Positions 33,264 through 46,491 are shown, numbered from the stretch's first letter. The stretch is DNA of 60,738 nt from Fonticula alba ATCC 38817 (GCA_000388065.2 KB932201.1), one strand, 5' to 3'. A program made the numbers and translations. The notes: generated by a model from the letters alone, not told the origin.

Positions 33264-36200
33264 AAGAGCAAGTGGTCGGTGATGGGGGGGGGGGGAGGGC
33301 GGAACAAGGGAGGGAGAGGGAGAGAGAGAGAGAGAGGGAAAAGAGGATGTGGGAGGCCATATCAGTGGGCGGAGTCGAGAGTCGGGGAAAGAGGAAGAGG
33401 GGGCCGGGAAGGAAAAGAAAGAAAGAAGGCAAGCCCGTGTATGCGCACCTTGTTCAGCTCTTCCATCTTCCCAGCCAGGGACACCTCCTCCCCGACCGCC
33501 GTATAGGCCAAGCGCTCCGAGGAGCCAAGGTTGCCAACCAGAGCCATGCCAGTGTTCAGGCCGATGCGCGACTCAATCAGAGGGTAGCCACGCTTTCGCC
33601 ACTGGGGCCGGAGAGCACGCAGGCGCTCATGCGATCGAAGGGCCGCCAAGCCAGCAAGGATGGCATGCTGCGGCGCATAGAGCGGCGCATTCCAGAAGGC
33701 CATCACCGCGTCGCCGATGTACTTGTCCACCACGCCGCCTCCCTCATGGACGACGGTCGACATCTCGTGCAGATAGTGGCTGATCAGGTCCACCAGTGAC
33801 TCGGGGGCCAGTTGCTCCGAGAGGCAGGTGAACCCGGCGATGTCGGAAAAGAAGATGGTCAATTCGACCGGAACCACCCCGGCAATGGCCTCGCTCTTGC
33901 TGCGCTGCAACAGGCGGACCACGTCTCGAGGGACGTATTTGCTGAAGGAGTTCAAGCCGCGGTCCATGGCATCCAGGGCGCTGCTCATGCGGATGAGCTC
34001 CTTGGTGCGGAAGTTCCGCATGATTGGGGGGGTGCGCTTGGGCTGCGATCATGGCCGCATGAGGGGGGTGAGTGGGCCGGTCACAAAGAAGGCGGAGAGA
34101 GAGGGGAAGGGGGGGGGGGGGAAGAAGCAAGAATGCCGCCTGGCGGGGCGGGAAAAGCAACGGAAGCGGCATGGGCCGAGGCAGGTGGGAAAATGGAAAC
34201 GCACCCCACTGGCATTTGTGAGCGTCGCAACAGCCACCATCTGCTGCGAAGCCGCGCGCAGATGCTCGGAGAAGATGTGCGACATGACGGCCGTCGTGAT
34301 GATGCACACCAGCAGGCATCCGAAGAACTGCCGGGAAGAGGGGTCAGGGCAGGACGACTGGGCGAGCTTTCGCGTGTTTGCATTTGGCCGGCTCCGTGCC
34401 TTTCCAGCGAAGGATCGAACGAAAGAGGAGAGGAGGGAGGACGGAAGGGTATCCTGACGTACCACCAGCGGGAGAGCCATGTAAAAGGTGTTCCGTTGGG
34501 TGACGAGGAAGGGCGCCTGGTGAACAATGGCCACCAGGGCAAATTCCAGACGCGGATTGCCTGAATCCATGATTCCCGGCCCACCGGCCCCGATGAGGAG
34601 CTCCTGCCCAGCGAAGACATGCACAAAGGGCCGTGCCTATCTCGCACGCATCGCCGGTGTCAGTGAAACAGCATGTATGGCCACCAAAGGTTGAGAAGAA
34701 GCGAGAGAGAGAGAGAGGGAGGAAGGGAGGGAGACCGAGAGAGAGAGAGAGAGAGAGGNNNNNNNNNNGAGAGAGAGAGAGAGAGAGGAAGGGAGGGAGA
34801 CCGAGAGAGAGAGAGAGAGAAAGAGAGAGCGAGCGAAGGAGGAAGGCAAAGAGGTGGAGGCACGAACGAGGAAAGGGAAAAGCATGACAACGCACGATGA
34901 TCATGAGGTCCTTCCCGGCGTGGGTAACATCCAGCAGGGTGTATGGCCCGAATTGGACCGCACGCTGCGGAGCTCCATGTTGAGGGGGCGCCCCTTCGAT
35001 GAATGCTTGCCATGACGCGAAGACACCGGTGGTGTTGCGACCGGAGCCCATGTCACCAACCATGGCGGTTGCCGTGTCGCGGACATCCTGATCGAAGTAC
35101 TCCTGGGGGGTAATCAGCCGCCAGAAGCGCGACGCACCGGGACCCAGGGCCGCGGTCGGCTCGGCTGGCGAGTCAAAGGCCCCGGTCGTGGGGTCTGGCG
35201 TGCGCCCATGCCACCGGAGCAGCAATTGCGGATCATTTGCCTCGGCAGCTGACGAGTCAGCCACAATATACCCCTGCTTGTCCACCAAGAAGAGCTTCAC
35301 GGAGCCCGGGGGCTGCGGCAAGGGGAAGGAAAGCCGGCCGGCGAGGGAAGCACAAGGACATGGCAAAGGCGCAGAGAGCCAGCCGATGAAGGGAGGCCGG
35401 GGATCGTGCAAACAGAAGTGATTAGAACCCCAACAGGGAGAGGGCGAGACGGATCGAGAGGCAAGAGGGATCCGCGAGTCGAGAGCGAGGGCCACCAAAG
35501 TGGCGGAAGTTGCGCACCGCCCCGAAAAGAAGTGTCGTCTCGGAGAGGATGCGCGACACCGAGTGCATGGGGAAATCCACACCAACCAAAACCCGACGCC
35601 AAGTGCCCAGCTCCCCGGCAGTTAGCAGCCCAGGATCCCCATGGCCGGGGGGGACCGACAAAGCCAGGCCACAGGTGAGCCCGGGCTCCGGGCTGAAACC
35701 CCCATAGACTGGGGTGCTGGTGCTGCTTGGATCCATGGCACCGGGGCCCACGCCGGCCTCCATGACGTATGGCTGGCCAAAGCCGGCCCAAGGCTCAGCT
35801 GCCATAGCCGGCGCATTTGCCAGGCTCTCGCGCTCTAGATTGGCCAGGGGCACAATCGATGTCCGGCGGGCGGGGGCCTGCTCAAGGGCAGACTGGCCCG
35901 AGCCTGCCGGCAGGTGAACCGTCGAGAGGGCATAGCTCGTCGGGCTCATGCCAACCGCCTTGCATTGCTCGTAATAGACGGGCGGAGGGTCATCAGAGGA
36001 GCCGGAGGACGATGGAGAGGAACCCGAGAAGGAGGCTGAGCCAGAGCAAGACGGTGAGCCTGGAGAGGAAAGGGAGTCCGAGGCAGGGGAGGAATCTGAC
36101 AAGGAGGCTGATCCCGGTGAGGAGGCCGACCCCGGCGAGGAGGCCGACCCCGGCGAGGAGGCCGACCCCGGCGAGGAGGNNNNNNNNNNNNNNNNNNNNN

Positions 36201-37724
36201 NNNNNNNNNNNNNNNNNNNNNNNNNNNNNNNNNNNNNNNNNNNNNNNNNNNNNNNNNNNNNNNNNNNNNNNNNNNNNNNNNNNNNNNNNNNNNNNNNNNN
36301 NNNNNNNNNNNNNNNNNNNGAGGAGGCCGACCCCGGCGAGGAGGCCGACCCCGGCGAGGAGGCCGACCCCGGCGAGGAGGGAGAGGAATCTGAAGAGGGG
36401 ATCGAGCTCGAGGAGGTGGAAGATATCCCAGAGGCAGAGGCAGAGATCAGTGATGAGGCTGACCCTGATCCTGAGGCTGACCCGGTGTATTCACCGCACT
36501 CCGGCTTCACGATCAGACGGGCGATTCGCGCCACACCGCCAGGCAGTCCAGGTGGCACCGGCTGGCCGGCATCTGAAAGGTGGGCCAGCGCATAGGATGG
36601 CGGATCGGCTCGTGACCGAAGCACAAATGCCGGCATGTCCGGCAGAGAGGCAATCTCATTGAAGCCCCATTGGCCGAGGAAGACTCGGCGCACGCCGGCA
36701 AAGGCGGCGCTTGCCAGATCGATGGCAAATGCCTCCCGAAGGTAGCCATCCCAGGAGAGGCGTCGATCATTGGCGAATGTGGCTTGGATGTCTCCCGGAG
36801 CCGAGGTCGGCCCCTCCACAGTACGAGCAGCGCCCATGCCGACCGGGGAAAAGTCCCTTTCGAGGTCGGGGTCCTTGAGCAATGCCGAAACCGAATGGTC
36901 CGGCCCTGTAACCGTGCGCAGCAGTGATGATGCCCATGCCAAGGAAAGTTCCGAATCCGGGTCAGCCCCAGGAACCAAGCCAGTGGTCAGGGCAATGCCA
37001 TGGGCGGCAGCCGCCCGACGGCCGACAGCCGTGAGCACATCTTCCAGTGTGGACATGGCATGCGTCAGCTGGCTGGTGCCCACTTGCTCAAGTGAAATCG
37101 AGGCAAAGCGCTGGGGGCCAAATCGCCGCAGGGGGAGGAGGGGAGGGGCGGGTAAATATCTCGCCTGGGGAGAGGCATGCAAGGAGGGGATGCCAGCATG
37201 TGGGGTACCTCGGCCTCGATCACACACACCGAGGTGATGATGGCCATGCACACGGCGATGACAGTTACATTCACCGTCAGCATGAGACAGCGTAGCGAGC
37301 AGACCAGGCGAAAGAAGGGAGGCCCGGTGCGTCGCTGTGGGCTGGGCGCGGTGCCAGGCACCCCGCCTTCCGACCCATCCGTGGTTGTGGCTGTGGGTTC
37401 CTGGGAAAGGAGAGACCCGCCGCCTCCATGTCTTTCGAGGTATGTGATGTGTCAGCTGCAAGACGATGATTCAAGGCGAAGAGAGGGCGAGAAAGAGAGG
37501 GAGACAGGGGGGGGGGGGGAGAGAGAGAACATATGTGGAAATGTCGGGCGCACGTACGAGGGGAGGCGCCAAACGGCTGTCCGACTCTGAGCCCGCTCTA
37601 GAGCCAGTCGAGATGGAGTAGGTCGAAGGCGATGCGGCGAGGCCGGCGACGTGGGTGCGACCTGGCTGGCTGCCAGTGAGGACTGTGAGGCATCTCGAGC
37701 TTGCTGGCCAAACTGTCGTGACAT
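31830..37724 (-). CDS. Membrane-bound class III nucleotide (adenylate) cyclase of bacterial class IIIb type: TM - extracellular Cache-like region - TM - HAMP-like - cyclase - TPR-like - disordered tail
   Basis: Catalytic exon: ELTIFFSDIAGFTCLSE...VVDKYIGDAVMAFWNAP...RIGLNTGMALVGNLGSSERLAYTAVG. Next exon: YGTQILITESTY...RPVDRIQVAG...IYELL...FTQFEAGQYAEALEAF. TM segments near 37210-37290 and 34270-34330; KLFLVDKQGYIVADS is Cache-like. Both ends of the model are uncertain. Confidence 0.85.
36102..36380 (-). repeat. 18-bp coding minisatellite encoding (PGSASS)n in the cyclase ectodomain, spanning a gap
   Basis: GAGGAGGCCGACCCCGGC units on both sides of gap 36180-36319. Confidence 0.9.
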
Positions 37725-38394
37725 GGAGGTGGAGCGGACAAAAGTGAGAGGGAGAGAGAGAGAGAGACAGAGAGAGGGAGGGAGGGATGGAAAGGAGGAC
37801 CCGGTGGGGGGAGGGGGGGGGGCAAACTGATTTGCCCCCGGGCACAAGGGAGAAGGAGTGGAGAGGGCGAGAGGCGGGGGAGGAGGAGGAGGTGGACGCT
37901 TAGCTGCGGCGGGGGCACGGCCCGGCGCAGTGAAGCCATTTCGGCTGGACGCCCCCGGCCTGATCGACAAACACCCGCAAATGCAGATTGCTGATCCCCC
38001 TCGCCCCTCGCCTCCGGTTCTCCCATAACCTCACTGAGGCACAGATAAAAACAACGCCCACGCAGGCTGATGGCGGTGCGTGTGCTGGCATCCTGATGTC
38101 CCTAGGCGCTGGACTGGAACGCGTGTCCCAGGTCCCCACGGATGGGCACGGCATCGGCTCCCGCACGGGGCCGGGCGAAGAGGAGGGGGGGCTGGTTTTA
38201 TGTGCCTGTATGTGCCTGTGTGTGTGTGTGTGTNNNNNNNNNNNNNNNNNNNNNNNNNNNNNNNNNNNNNNNNNNNNNNCGTGTGCCATTGCTGCCTGCC
38301 AATCAGTAGCTACTACGGCCTTGCAAGGTGACTGGAGTTCAGACTGGAGTTGGGGGGGGGGGGGGGGGGGACCGGTGTCGCGCAGACGCGACCC

Positions 38395-38689
38395 TTACCG
38401 GCTATCACGCTGAGGGGGATGGTGGTGGTTCGGGTCGCCGCTCCAGCTCGGGTGTCCGGGCGACTGGTGCGGCGCTGGCCCCGAGTGCGAGGAGTGATAC
38501 TGGTGCGGCGATGGCGCAAAATGCTGGGATGGGTGTGGTGAGAGCGGCGCCGGCGCCGGTGCCGATGGCTGCTGGTACAGTTGCACTTGCGGGTGTTGGT
38601 GCTGCTGCTGTTGTGCCAGCAGCGTCGGCAGCTGTGTCGGATGGGGATAAAAGTGCGCCACCGAGGGCGGGGGCTGGTAGTGGAAGCGG

Positions 38690-38725
<36 letters not shown>

Positions 38726-38755
38726 TGTTGCTGCTGCTGTTGTTGCTGCTGTTGT

Positions 38756-38787
<32 letters not shown>

Positions 38788-41171
38788 CTGTTGCTGTTGC
38801 TGCTGTTGCTGCTGTCGCTGCTGCTGTCGCTGCTGCTGCTGCTGGCGCCACAGAAGTGAAGAGCCGGCAGGGGAAGGGCTTCGCGCCATCGAGCCGGCCG
38901 GTGAAAGGGCCCCAGGACCAGGGGAGACCGAGGCTGCCGCGGCGGTCGCAGCTGCCACGGCCGCCACCGCCTGTGGATCTACCGGCTCTAGGGCCTGGTA
39001 GAAGACACGCTGAAAGGTGAGCGGCGAGTAGGATGGAGCCACGGGGGACGGGGAGAACAGCGGCCCGGACACCGTGGCCGGCGAAAGATGCTGATGATAC
39101 AGGGGGTAATGCGCCCAGGTCATGTTGCCAGCACCGGACGACGGAGGCCTGGCCCCGGGGAGGGGCGACCCGGTGGTGGTGTTCATGACTGCAGTGGTGG
39201 CAGCTGCCGTTGCCGCGGCGGCAGCTGCCATCGCCGCGGCAGCGGCAGCACCCGACGACCCGCCAAACCCAGACAGGTGAGGGTACAGATGTGCGAAGGG
39301 CCCATAGTTGTGGAAGGGCGAGATCATGTCCGACGAGGTGACTGGCAGCTGCGGGGGAGCCGGGGTCCGGAGCTCTCCGGTGCCGGGATGCACCGGGGTG
39401 CTGGTATATACGCCGGGCGAGCCGCCCGCCAGCATGCCCAGAGCGGTGTCCTGCCCAGGGGGAGCCGGGGACAGCAGGTGCAGCAGACCGCCCCCGGTGA
39501 GGGACGGCGCATGCTCCATCTGGGGATGATGCAAGAGCGACTGATGATGCGGGGTGGCTGTCGTCGTCGTCGGCGGCGGCGGCGGACCGGCCGGCGTTGT
39601 AGCCGCTCCACCTTGAGGTGACTGGTAATACCCGGACAGGGGTGACGGGTGTGCTGGCTGGCCATGTGCCGTGGCCGGAACGCCGGGCGCCGGCCCGGGG
39701 GCCGAGGCCGAAGAGGGCCGCGCCCCGGTGAAGGGCGACTTCCCCGGAGGCCCATGGGGAACGGGCGACTCGGCCGTGGTCGACTCAGCCGAAGCCCCCG
39801 GCCCGAAGGGGGCCGGGCCACGTGAGGCACCGGCGGTGGCCGGGCTACCCATCTCGCCGGCAGGCATGCTGGACACCCGCCCGGCAAAGTCAAAGAGGTT
39901 GGACATGGACTGGGAGGCCAGGGCCGCGGCCACCGGACGCCCGGACAGGTCCACCACCCCGGGCGACGAGGGACCAGGCCCACGGTCAGCCCCACCACCG
40001 ATGGGCTGGCTGGCCGTGGACAGGGGCCCATGCGCCAAAGTGGAAGTGGACATCGAGGAGGGCGGCCGGATGGTTGCCTGTGAAGAGCGATCGGCACTTG
40101 TGTGGTGACCATGATGGCCGGCTCCGGCCCCGGGGGCTGAGGCCATCGGCGAGGAGAGCCCCGGTGTCCCGCCCCCGGGACCGAAGGCCGCAGGGGTCAG
40201 GGTGGCCGAGGCGTCCGGCGTGGAAAGACCGACATTCGCCCCGCCGGGCGGACGCGGCGGCAGGGGCAGGCCACTGACAGACAGGGAGCTTGAAGACCGG
40301 GAGCGCTTGGCTACTGGGGGCTGACTGACCAGCTCGGCCTTCGCCATGGTTTCTTGGGGCGCTTGCGAGTGAGGCGGCAACTGCTCGCCCTGGGGGGGCG
40401 GAGCGGCGCGCGACCGCGTGCTGGTGGCCTTCGGTCGCGAGGCCCGGGGCTTCTTGGCCCCGGAATCGGCCGCCAGTTCGGATATCGACTCGGCGGCCAG
40501 CCCCGGGACCGTGCCCCCATTCGGCATCGGCTGCTTGTCGGTGGACAAGGTACTCCCGGCTGCGGGAGCCTTCGGTTGGTGGGAGTGCGGCCCGTCGGCC
40601 GGGGCCCGAGCGCGGTCGGCGGTCGGCGAGCTTGGTGGCGGGGTTGCCGGGTAATTGGGCACCTCGATCATGGGTGGCTGTGCAAAGCCAACTGCCTGAC
40701 GCTGGGCCAGAAACTGGAACATCCGATCAATCTCCGTGTAGTTGTTGTTGTTTCGGGCAAAGCGCCGATGCTCATTGTTGGCGAAATGCTGCGATGCAGT
40801 CACCCACACGGTCAGGAGTCTGTGATTGGGGCAGGCAAAGGGGGGAAGTGGACAAAGGAAGATGGCCGGGCGGGGAATGGGGGGGGGGGGGAGGGGGAAG
40901 AGGGAGGGGGGAAGAGCGAGCGAAGGAGAGGAGCACGAAATGAAGAAGAACGCACCCGCTCGACATCGGAGAAGGCACGCTGACAGCATTCACAATATCC
41001 CTGGGCGGGGCCGAGCTTCCGCGCGGCCTGAATTCGATCTGCGGTTGAGAGAGCCAGGAACCGCTGGTAATTCCGGTCATTCTCCTGGCGTTGAAGTCTG
41101 AGGGTTGGTTGTTCGCAGAGACGACGTGAGTACATTCGTGCGTGCGTGTGCGCGCGTGCGTGTGTGTGCGC

Positions 41172-41214
<43 letters not shown>

Positions 41215-44200
41215 AGTACGGATGTCAATATAGAGCAGGTCAAGCAGGAAGCGCCGGGAGAGGGGGGGGGGGGAGCGGGATGAAAGCCCCATGGAAACGC
41301 ACCTGGAGACGCTCTTCCGGTCACGACGCTGCCCCACGGGCTGCCGGGGAGCAGGCTTGCGATTCTGGAAGCGCAACTTGGCCGCCGCCTCGAGCTGCGG
41401 CGCTGTGAGCATGACGAAGGGGCAGAGGCTGCTCTCACTCGGGAAGAGGTAAAGAATTGGCACCGAGGTGGAGGGGGAGCGCTGGCTGCTGCTGTTGCCG
41501 CTGCCGACGCCCAGGCCGCCGGTAAACACCTTGTACAGCGGCCGGAATTGCTGCTGCGCATCTTCGATCAGGATGGAGGGGTGCTGAATCGGGATGAAAG
41601 AGCGTGTCTACCATCCGAATGAGGGAGGGGGGGGGGATGGCATTAGTCAGGGCAACCATCGCAGGGGAGCAACAGAAAACGACGAGGCCGGCCAGCCATC
41701 GGGCCCCGGGTAGAGGGGGGTCGCACCTGCTTGGAGGCTCGAGAGGAACGCTTCAGCACGGGAACCGTCGGAGGGAGAGCGGCTGCGACGGCGGCCACAG
41801 CGGCGGTCGGCGACTGCGGGCCAGAAAGCACGGCCGGCGCGCGCATGCTAATGCGTTGCGTGGCCGCAGCCACCGAGGCCGCCACCCGGGACGAAGGGCC
41901 AGAGGGAGCACCTGACCCTGGCTCGACCATCATCAGCGGTGTCAGGAGGTTGAGGAGCTTCTCGATGGTCCAGATCCGGATGCCAAACTCCATGGCCACC
42001 TTCAGGCAGCCGGCCTCGTTGGGGGTGAGCGGCCGGTAGGACTTTTGTGTGGGCAGAAACACGAGGCCAACGAGCGCAAACAGCACATGCAGAATAGAAA
42101 GTCAACATATGGAAGTCGGCCAATGTGGAGGACCAGGGAGCCGGGGCAAAGTAGAGCGCACTCTGACATGCTGTGACCGCGAGCGTGAAGAGGCCGTCAC
42201 AGCGAGCCCGGCCGGCGGCGAGGCGGCCGGTGTGCCCCCGGCAAGTCCCGGCGGCGAGTACACCGACTGGGCACTGGAGGACTCGAATGCCAGGCCGGAG
42301 GCCCGGCTCGGGGGCGTGGGCGCCAAATTGCCAAATGAAGGGGTCGCGATGGCGGAGGTATACTGTCCGGCCGCGCCGGGGGGGAGATTTCCCGCGTGTG
42401 CAGTCAGCCGCACGCGCGCGCTACCAGGCAGCTGCGGCGGCTGATTCACCTGGCTGATGGCCAGCGGAGTGCCGGACGGAGATCCCTGCTGTCCAAGGCC
42501 AGCTGAGGGGCATAGTGGCAGGGTGCAAGAAGGCACACAGAGTCGAGAATATGGGGCCAGGGTCAGCGGCAGGCGCGAAAGGCATGGGGAGGCGGAGCGG
42601 GAGGGGGCCGATGCCAAAGGCAGGAGCACGCGTACCACCGGCGGCGGCGGCGGCGGCGGCTGCCGCCGCAGCCGACGAGGCCGGGCTGACAATTCCAGCA
42701 GCCGGACTTGTCACCCGCACACGATTGCGAGTGTGATACAGGGCGGCATTGTGGCTGCTAGTGCCTCCCGGGGTGCTCAGTCGACCGGTTGGTGAGTGCA
42801 CGCCCCCGGGGCCGGTGTTGAATTCCGGCGTACCGGGCAACGACCGATGATGTGTCTGGGCGGCCAGGGAGGCCGCCGCCGCACAGGGATTACTGATCAA
42901 GTGGGTGACCTCGTGCGAGAAAAAGGGATCCACCGAACCGCCAAGGGCCCGAACGGAGGACCGGACGAACTCGGCCAACTGATCGCCATCAGCACCGGCA
43001 AGCGCCTGCGCCACCGGATTGGCCACCGGTGATTCCAGATGGCCACGGATGATATCGGGATCGGTGGCGCTCTCGAGATTGGCCTGGAGCGAGCGAAGAG
43101 CATCATTCAACAAAATGGCCGCCGTGTGGAAGGTGGAAGATGCCTCGGCCACGAAATACCGACGCCCGGTCAACTTGCCCACTGCCCCGGGCCGGGGAAC
43201 AAAGACGGCCAGCGGCTTGCGCTCCGCGGTCCCGGGAACCGGGGGAAGGGGATTCAACAGGGACCCGGCCCCGGCACTTGTGGCCGGCATCATCGGGGGC
43301 AGCAAACTCCGCACACTGGTGCCCGAAGGTGCGTCGACATTGCCGGGTGCGAAATGCCCGACCGTCAGATCGGCGGCCGTCGCCGAGAGGATGGACTCGG
43401 TGGTGGCGAGCGCCGCCTCCGGGGTGGCCCCGGCATTGGCATTTGCATCGAATGCCGACAGTTGCAGCAGTGCCGAGGCCGATTGTCCAGGGACAGTGGC
43501 ACCACCGCCGCTGGGGTTGCCGACGCCGGCGCCGGCTGCCATTGCAGGCGAAGCACTCAAGGACGCTTGCTGCATCGGAGCCCCATGGAAGGGCGAGTAC
43601 TGCCCATACGGATGGCCACCAGTGACGGACGTCGCCGAATGGAAGGAAGCTTGTGGCAGGTACGAGGGAGGTTGGTATGTGTGCGAGGTTGAGGAGGCCG
43701 GACGTGTGGGCAACCCGGGCAAGGTGCCTGGTCAAAGTGGAGGACAGGACAGGGGTCAATGGCTGGGCATGTGGGGAACCATGGCAATCAGGGGGGGGGG
43801 GGGGAAACCGAGGAGGGGGAGGGCAATCCGAGAGCATACCAGCACGCAGAGACGATGCAGTCGGTCCTGGTGTTTGGAAGGGAGCCGCCGCGTCGGAGGC
43901 CGCCGTGCGCGGGCGCCGCGGTGCGGTGGCGGGCGGGACCGTGGTGCTGCGCCTGCCGGAAGCATCGCGCTCGCGCCCAATCAACAAGGGGGAGGTGGTC
44001 CGGGTGGAGGTCGTTCCGGTAGTGGGGTCCCCGCCACCGGCCCCGGCTGCGGCCGCCGCGGAGGCGCCCATCAGAAGCACGGCGCTCGAGCTGGAGACCG
44101 GGGCCGCGCCGGCGCCGGACGGGCCACCTGGAAGGGAAGAGGCGGCAGTCCCGCCGGTAACGGTGGACGGTGGGAGAATGAGCCGGAAAGGTGGCGCATT

Positions 44201-46491
44201 GTGCCCCGGAGCACGCGGGGCCGGGCCCGGCTCGGAGGGCGAGACGGCCGGCGGTGCTGGCACCGACAGCTGCTGGTACGGGTAGGATTGCTGGTGTCCA
44301 CTGCCGTACGGTGAGGGCGGGTGGGAGAAGATCGATTGACCGGCCGGCCCTGGACCTGGATGGGAGTATGTCGGGGACATGTAGCCCGGCGGAGTGGATG
44401 TCGGCGCATGTGATGGCGATGGCGAAGGTGATGGCGACGGCGCGGCAGCCAAATTCGACCCGACAGTGGGCGCCTGAGTCGAGGCCGGAGCCGCAGCCGC
44501 AGCCGGACCGTGTATCGGTGATGCTTGCTGATGCAGGGGTGGCCCATTTGGCGATTGTGGCAAGGGGGCTTGGTATGCCGGCGACGATTGGTATGGATGG
44601 GATGCTGCGGACCGGGCATATGGCCCGGGCCCGGGGCTGGCGTCTGTGGGTGAGGCACCATGTCCGGGGCTGATGCCGGTCGGGGAAAGGGGCGACACTG
44701 TGCCGACAGCACTCCCCCCACCCTCACCACCAGCACCACCGGCGACAGTCCCTGTGGCGGTGGCGCTGTTGCTGCCGCTGGCGGTGTCATTGCCGGTGCT
44801 GGCGTTGTGGGTGCTACTGCTATGGGTCCTATCACCCGAGACGTGGGTCACTCGCCCGGGCGCTGTCGGGGGACGCCCAGCCGAGCGTAGTTCCGGATGG
44901 GGGTGCTCTGGCGACCCAGCGCCCGGGGCCGGAAATGAAGGAAAGGGACTGGCGAAGCCATCGGACGGGCCAGCCGTCGAGGGGGCGCCTCCCCGGGTGA
45001 ATGGCGGTAGCGGTGTGGGTCCAGGCGAGAGGGAAGATGCGGCACCGGCGACAAACTGGTTGCCAGGGCTGTGTGGCGCGCCCAGGGGACGCGGCGGTGC
45101 GGGCGAGGATCTAATTCGGAGGCCAGGATGGCGGAAACACGAAACGTCAGTGGCACGGGCGGGGGGGGGGGGGNNNNNNNNNNNNGGGGGGTGTCCGGCG
45201 CAGGGGAGGCAAGGCGGCGAAAGATGCGGAACCTGGCATGGACGCACGGGACACTGGGCCGGCCATCGCCATCATTGAGGCGAGTCAGCCGGACGACCGA
45301 GCCCGGTGCTGGCAGGCCGATCGACGAGGATGGAGGGGGCATCGCGGCCGGAATCGGGGAGGTTGGCGAAATTCCAGTCCCCGACGCTGGCATTGGGCTG
45401 CCAGTCGGCATGGCAGCCGGGGACATCCTGGGGCCTGGGGGCGGAGCCGCGGCCGGCGACATGCCCGAGCTCGAAGCCGGGCCTGGAGACATGCCTGAAC
45501 GTGGGGCCGAGGCCGAAGCAGGCCCCGGGTTTGGAGCCGCCACCGGGCCCGAGGCCGGGGGGTAAACTGGAGACATGCCGAGAGCCGAGCCGGAGGCCGG
45601 CTCGGAGTTTGGGCTCAGATGGGCCTGCTGGTTCAGCTGCAGGAGGCGACCTATGGGCGTTTGGGCACCGGTGGAGGAAGGGGGCGGCGAACGGGCCACA
45701 GAGGCAGCCTCATCGGTGGAATATCGCAACGGTGAGCCGAGCAGCGGGCCGCGGCTGCCGATGGCAGCAGAGTGACCCCCGCGGCTCAGGTGAAGCTGGT
45801 GGTAGGGAGATGGTGCACCCGTTAGCAGGGCGGATTCCGCCCGACCCGGCGACGGATACATCATCGAAGGAGTCCCGCCGAAGCCGGGCGTGCTCCGTGA
45901 GCCGATGTCCGATGTCGGCGCTGGGCGCAGGGGCGTGGTGCCCGGGGTGGGAGGTTGCGAGTCCATCGGGAAGAGCGAGGGGAGGGTGGTCAAGCTGCCG
46001 AAGAAGTAGCCGGGCGAGTCGGCCTGAGGAGAGCCGGGCCCCGGGTGCGGGTGCACCAAGACCGGCGTCGGGTGTGCTTGAGGCATGACACCCGGAGATG
46101 TCGGGACAGTGGGGTCCATTTGTGGCAGGGCCGGGGCGAGGGTCCCGGGGTGCGTGGCTGTGGTCACCCTGGAGCCGGGAGAGGACGAGTGGATGACCTG
46201 CGGAGAGGCGTGGAGGGCACTGGCGCCGATCGAGGCCCCGGGGGCGGTGGATAGTGGCGTCGTGGTCACCGCTCCCGACGGGGGGTCCAGCGACGAGGAG
46301 GAGGGGATCCGGTCATCGTGCGACAAGAGCGGCCGGAAAGACACGGCCACGGGAATGATGTCCGAGGGGGAGAAGTGTCCCGGCACGGGAGCCGCGCGCG
46401 TCGGGTCATCGGCTGTCGGAGCTGAAGTGGGGGTGGCGTAGGACCCTGTGGCATTGGTCACGACCCGACCTGCTGGCAGGGGGGAGGACAT
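38395..46491 (-). CDS. DBF4: Dbf4/ASK regulatory subunit of Cdc7 kinase with very large low-complexity expansions
   Basis: Motif N: RRYFV...RALGGSVDPFFSHEVTHLIS and KVAMEFGIRIWTIEKLLNLL. Motif M: HPSILIEDAQQQFRPLYKVF...PILYLFPSESSLCPF. Motif C zinc finger split by an intron: QGYCECCQRAF / HFANNEHRRFARNNNNYTEIDRMFQFL. The start and the N-terminal exon boundaries are tentative. Confidence 0.88.
38692..38843 (-). repeat. Mixed CAG/CAA polyglutamine tract of about 50 codons, with two Arg interruptions, in the DBF4 last exon
   Basis: CTG/TTG triplet run on the plus strand; translates as polyQ in ORF 38395..40989(-). Confidence 0.92.

Noticed and set aside
43019-45278. Plus-strand ORFs overlapping DBF4
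   Set aside because: Antisense shadows of low-complexity exons; intron polarity and the conserved motifs are on the minus strand.
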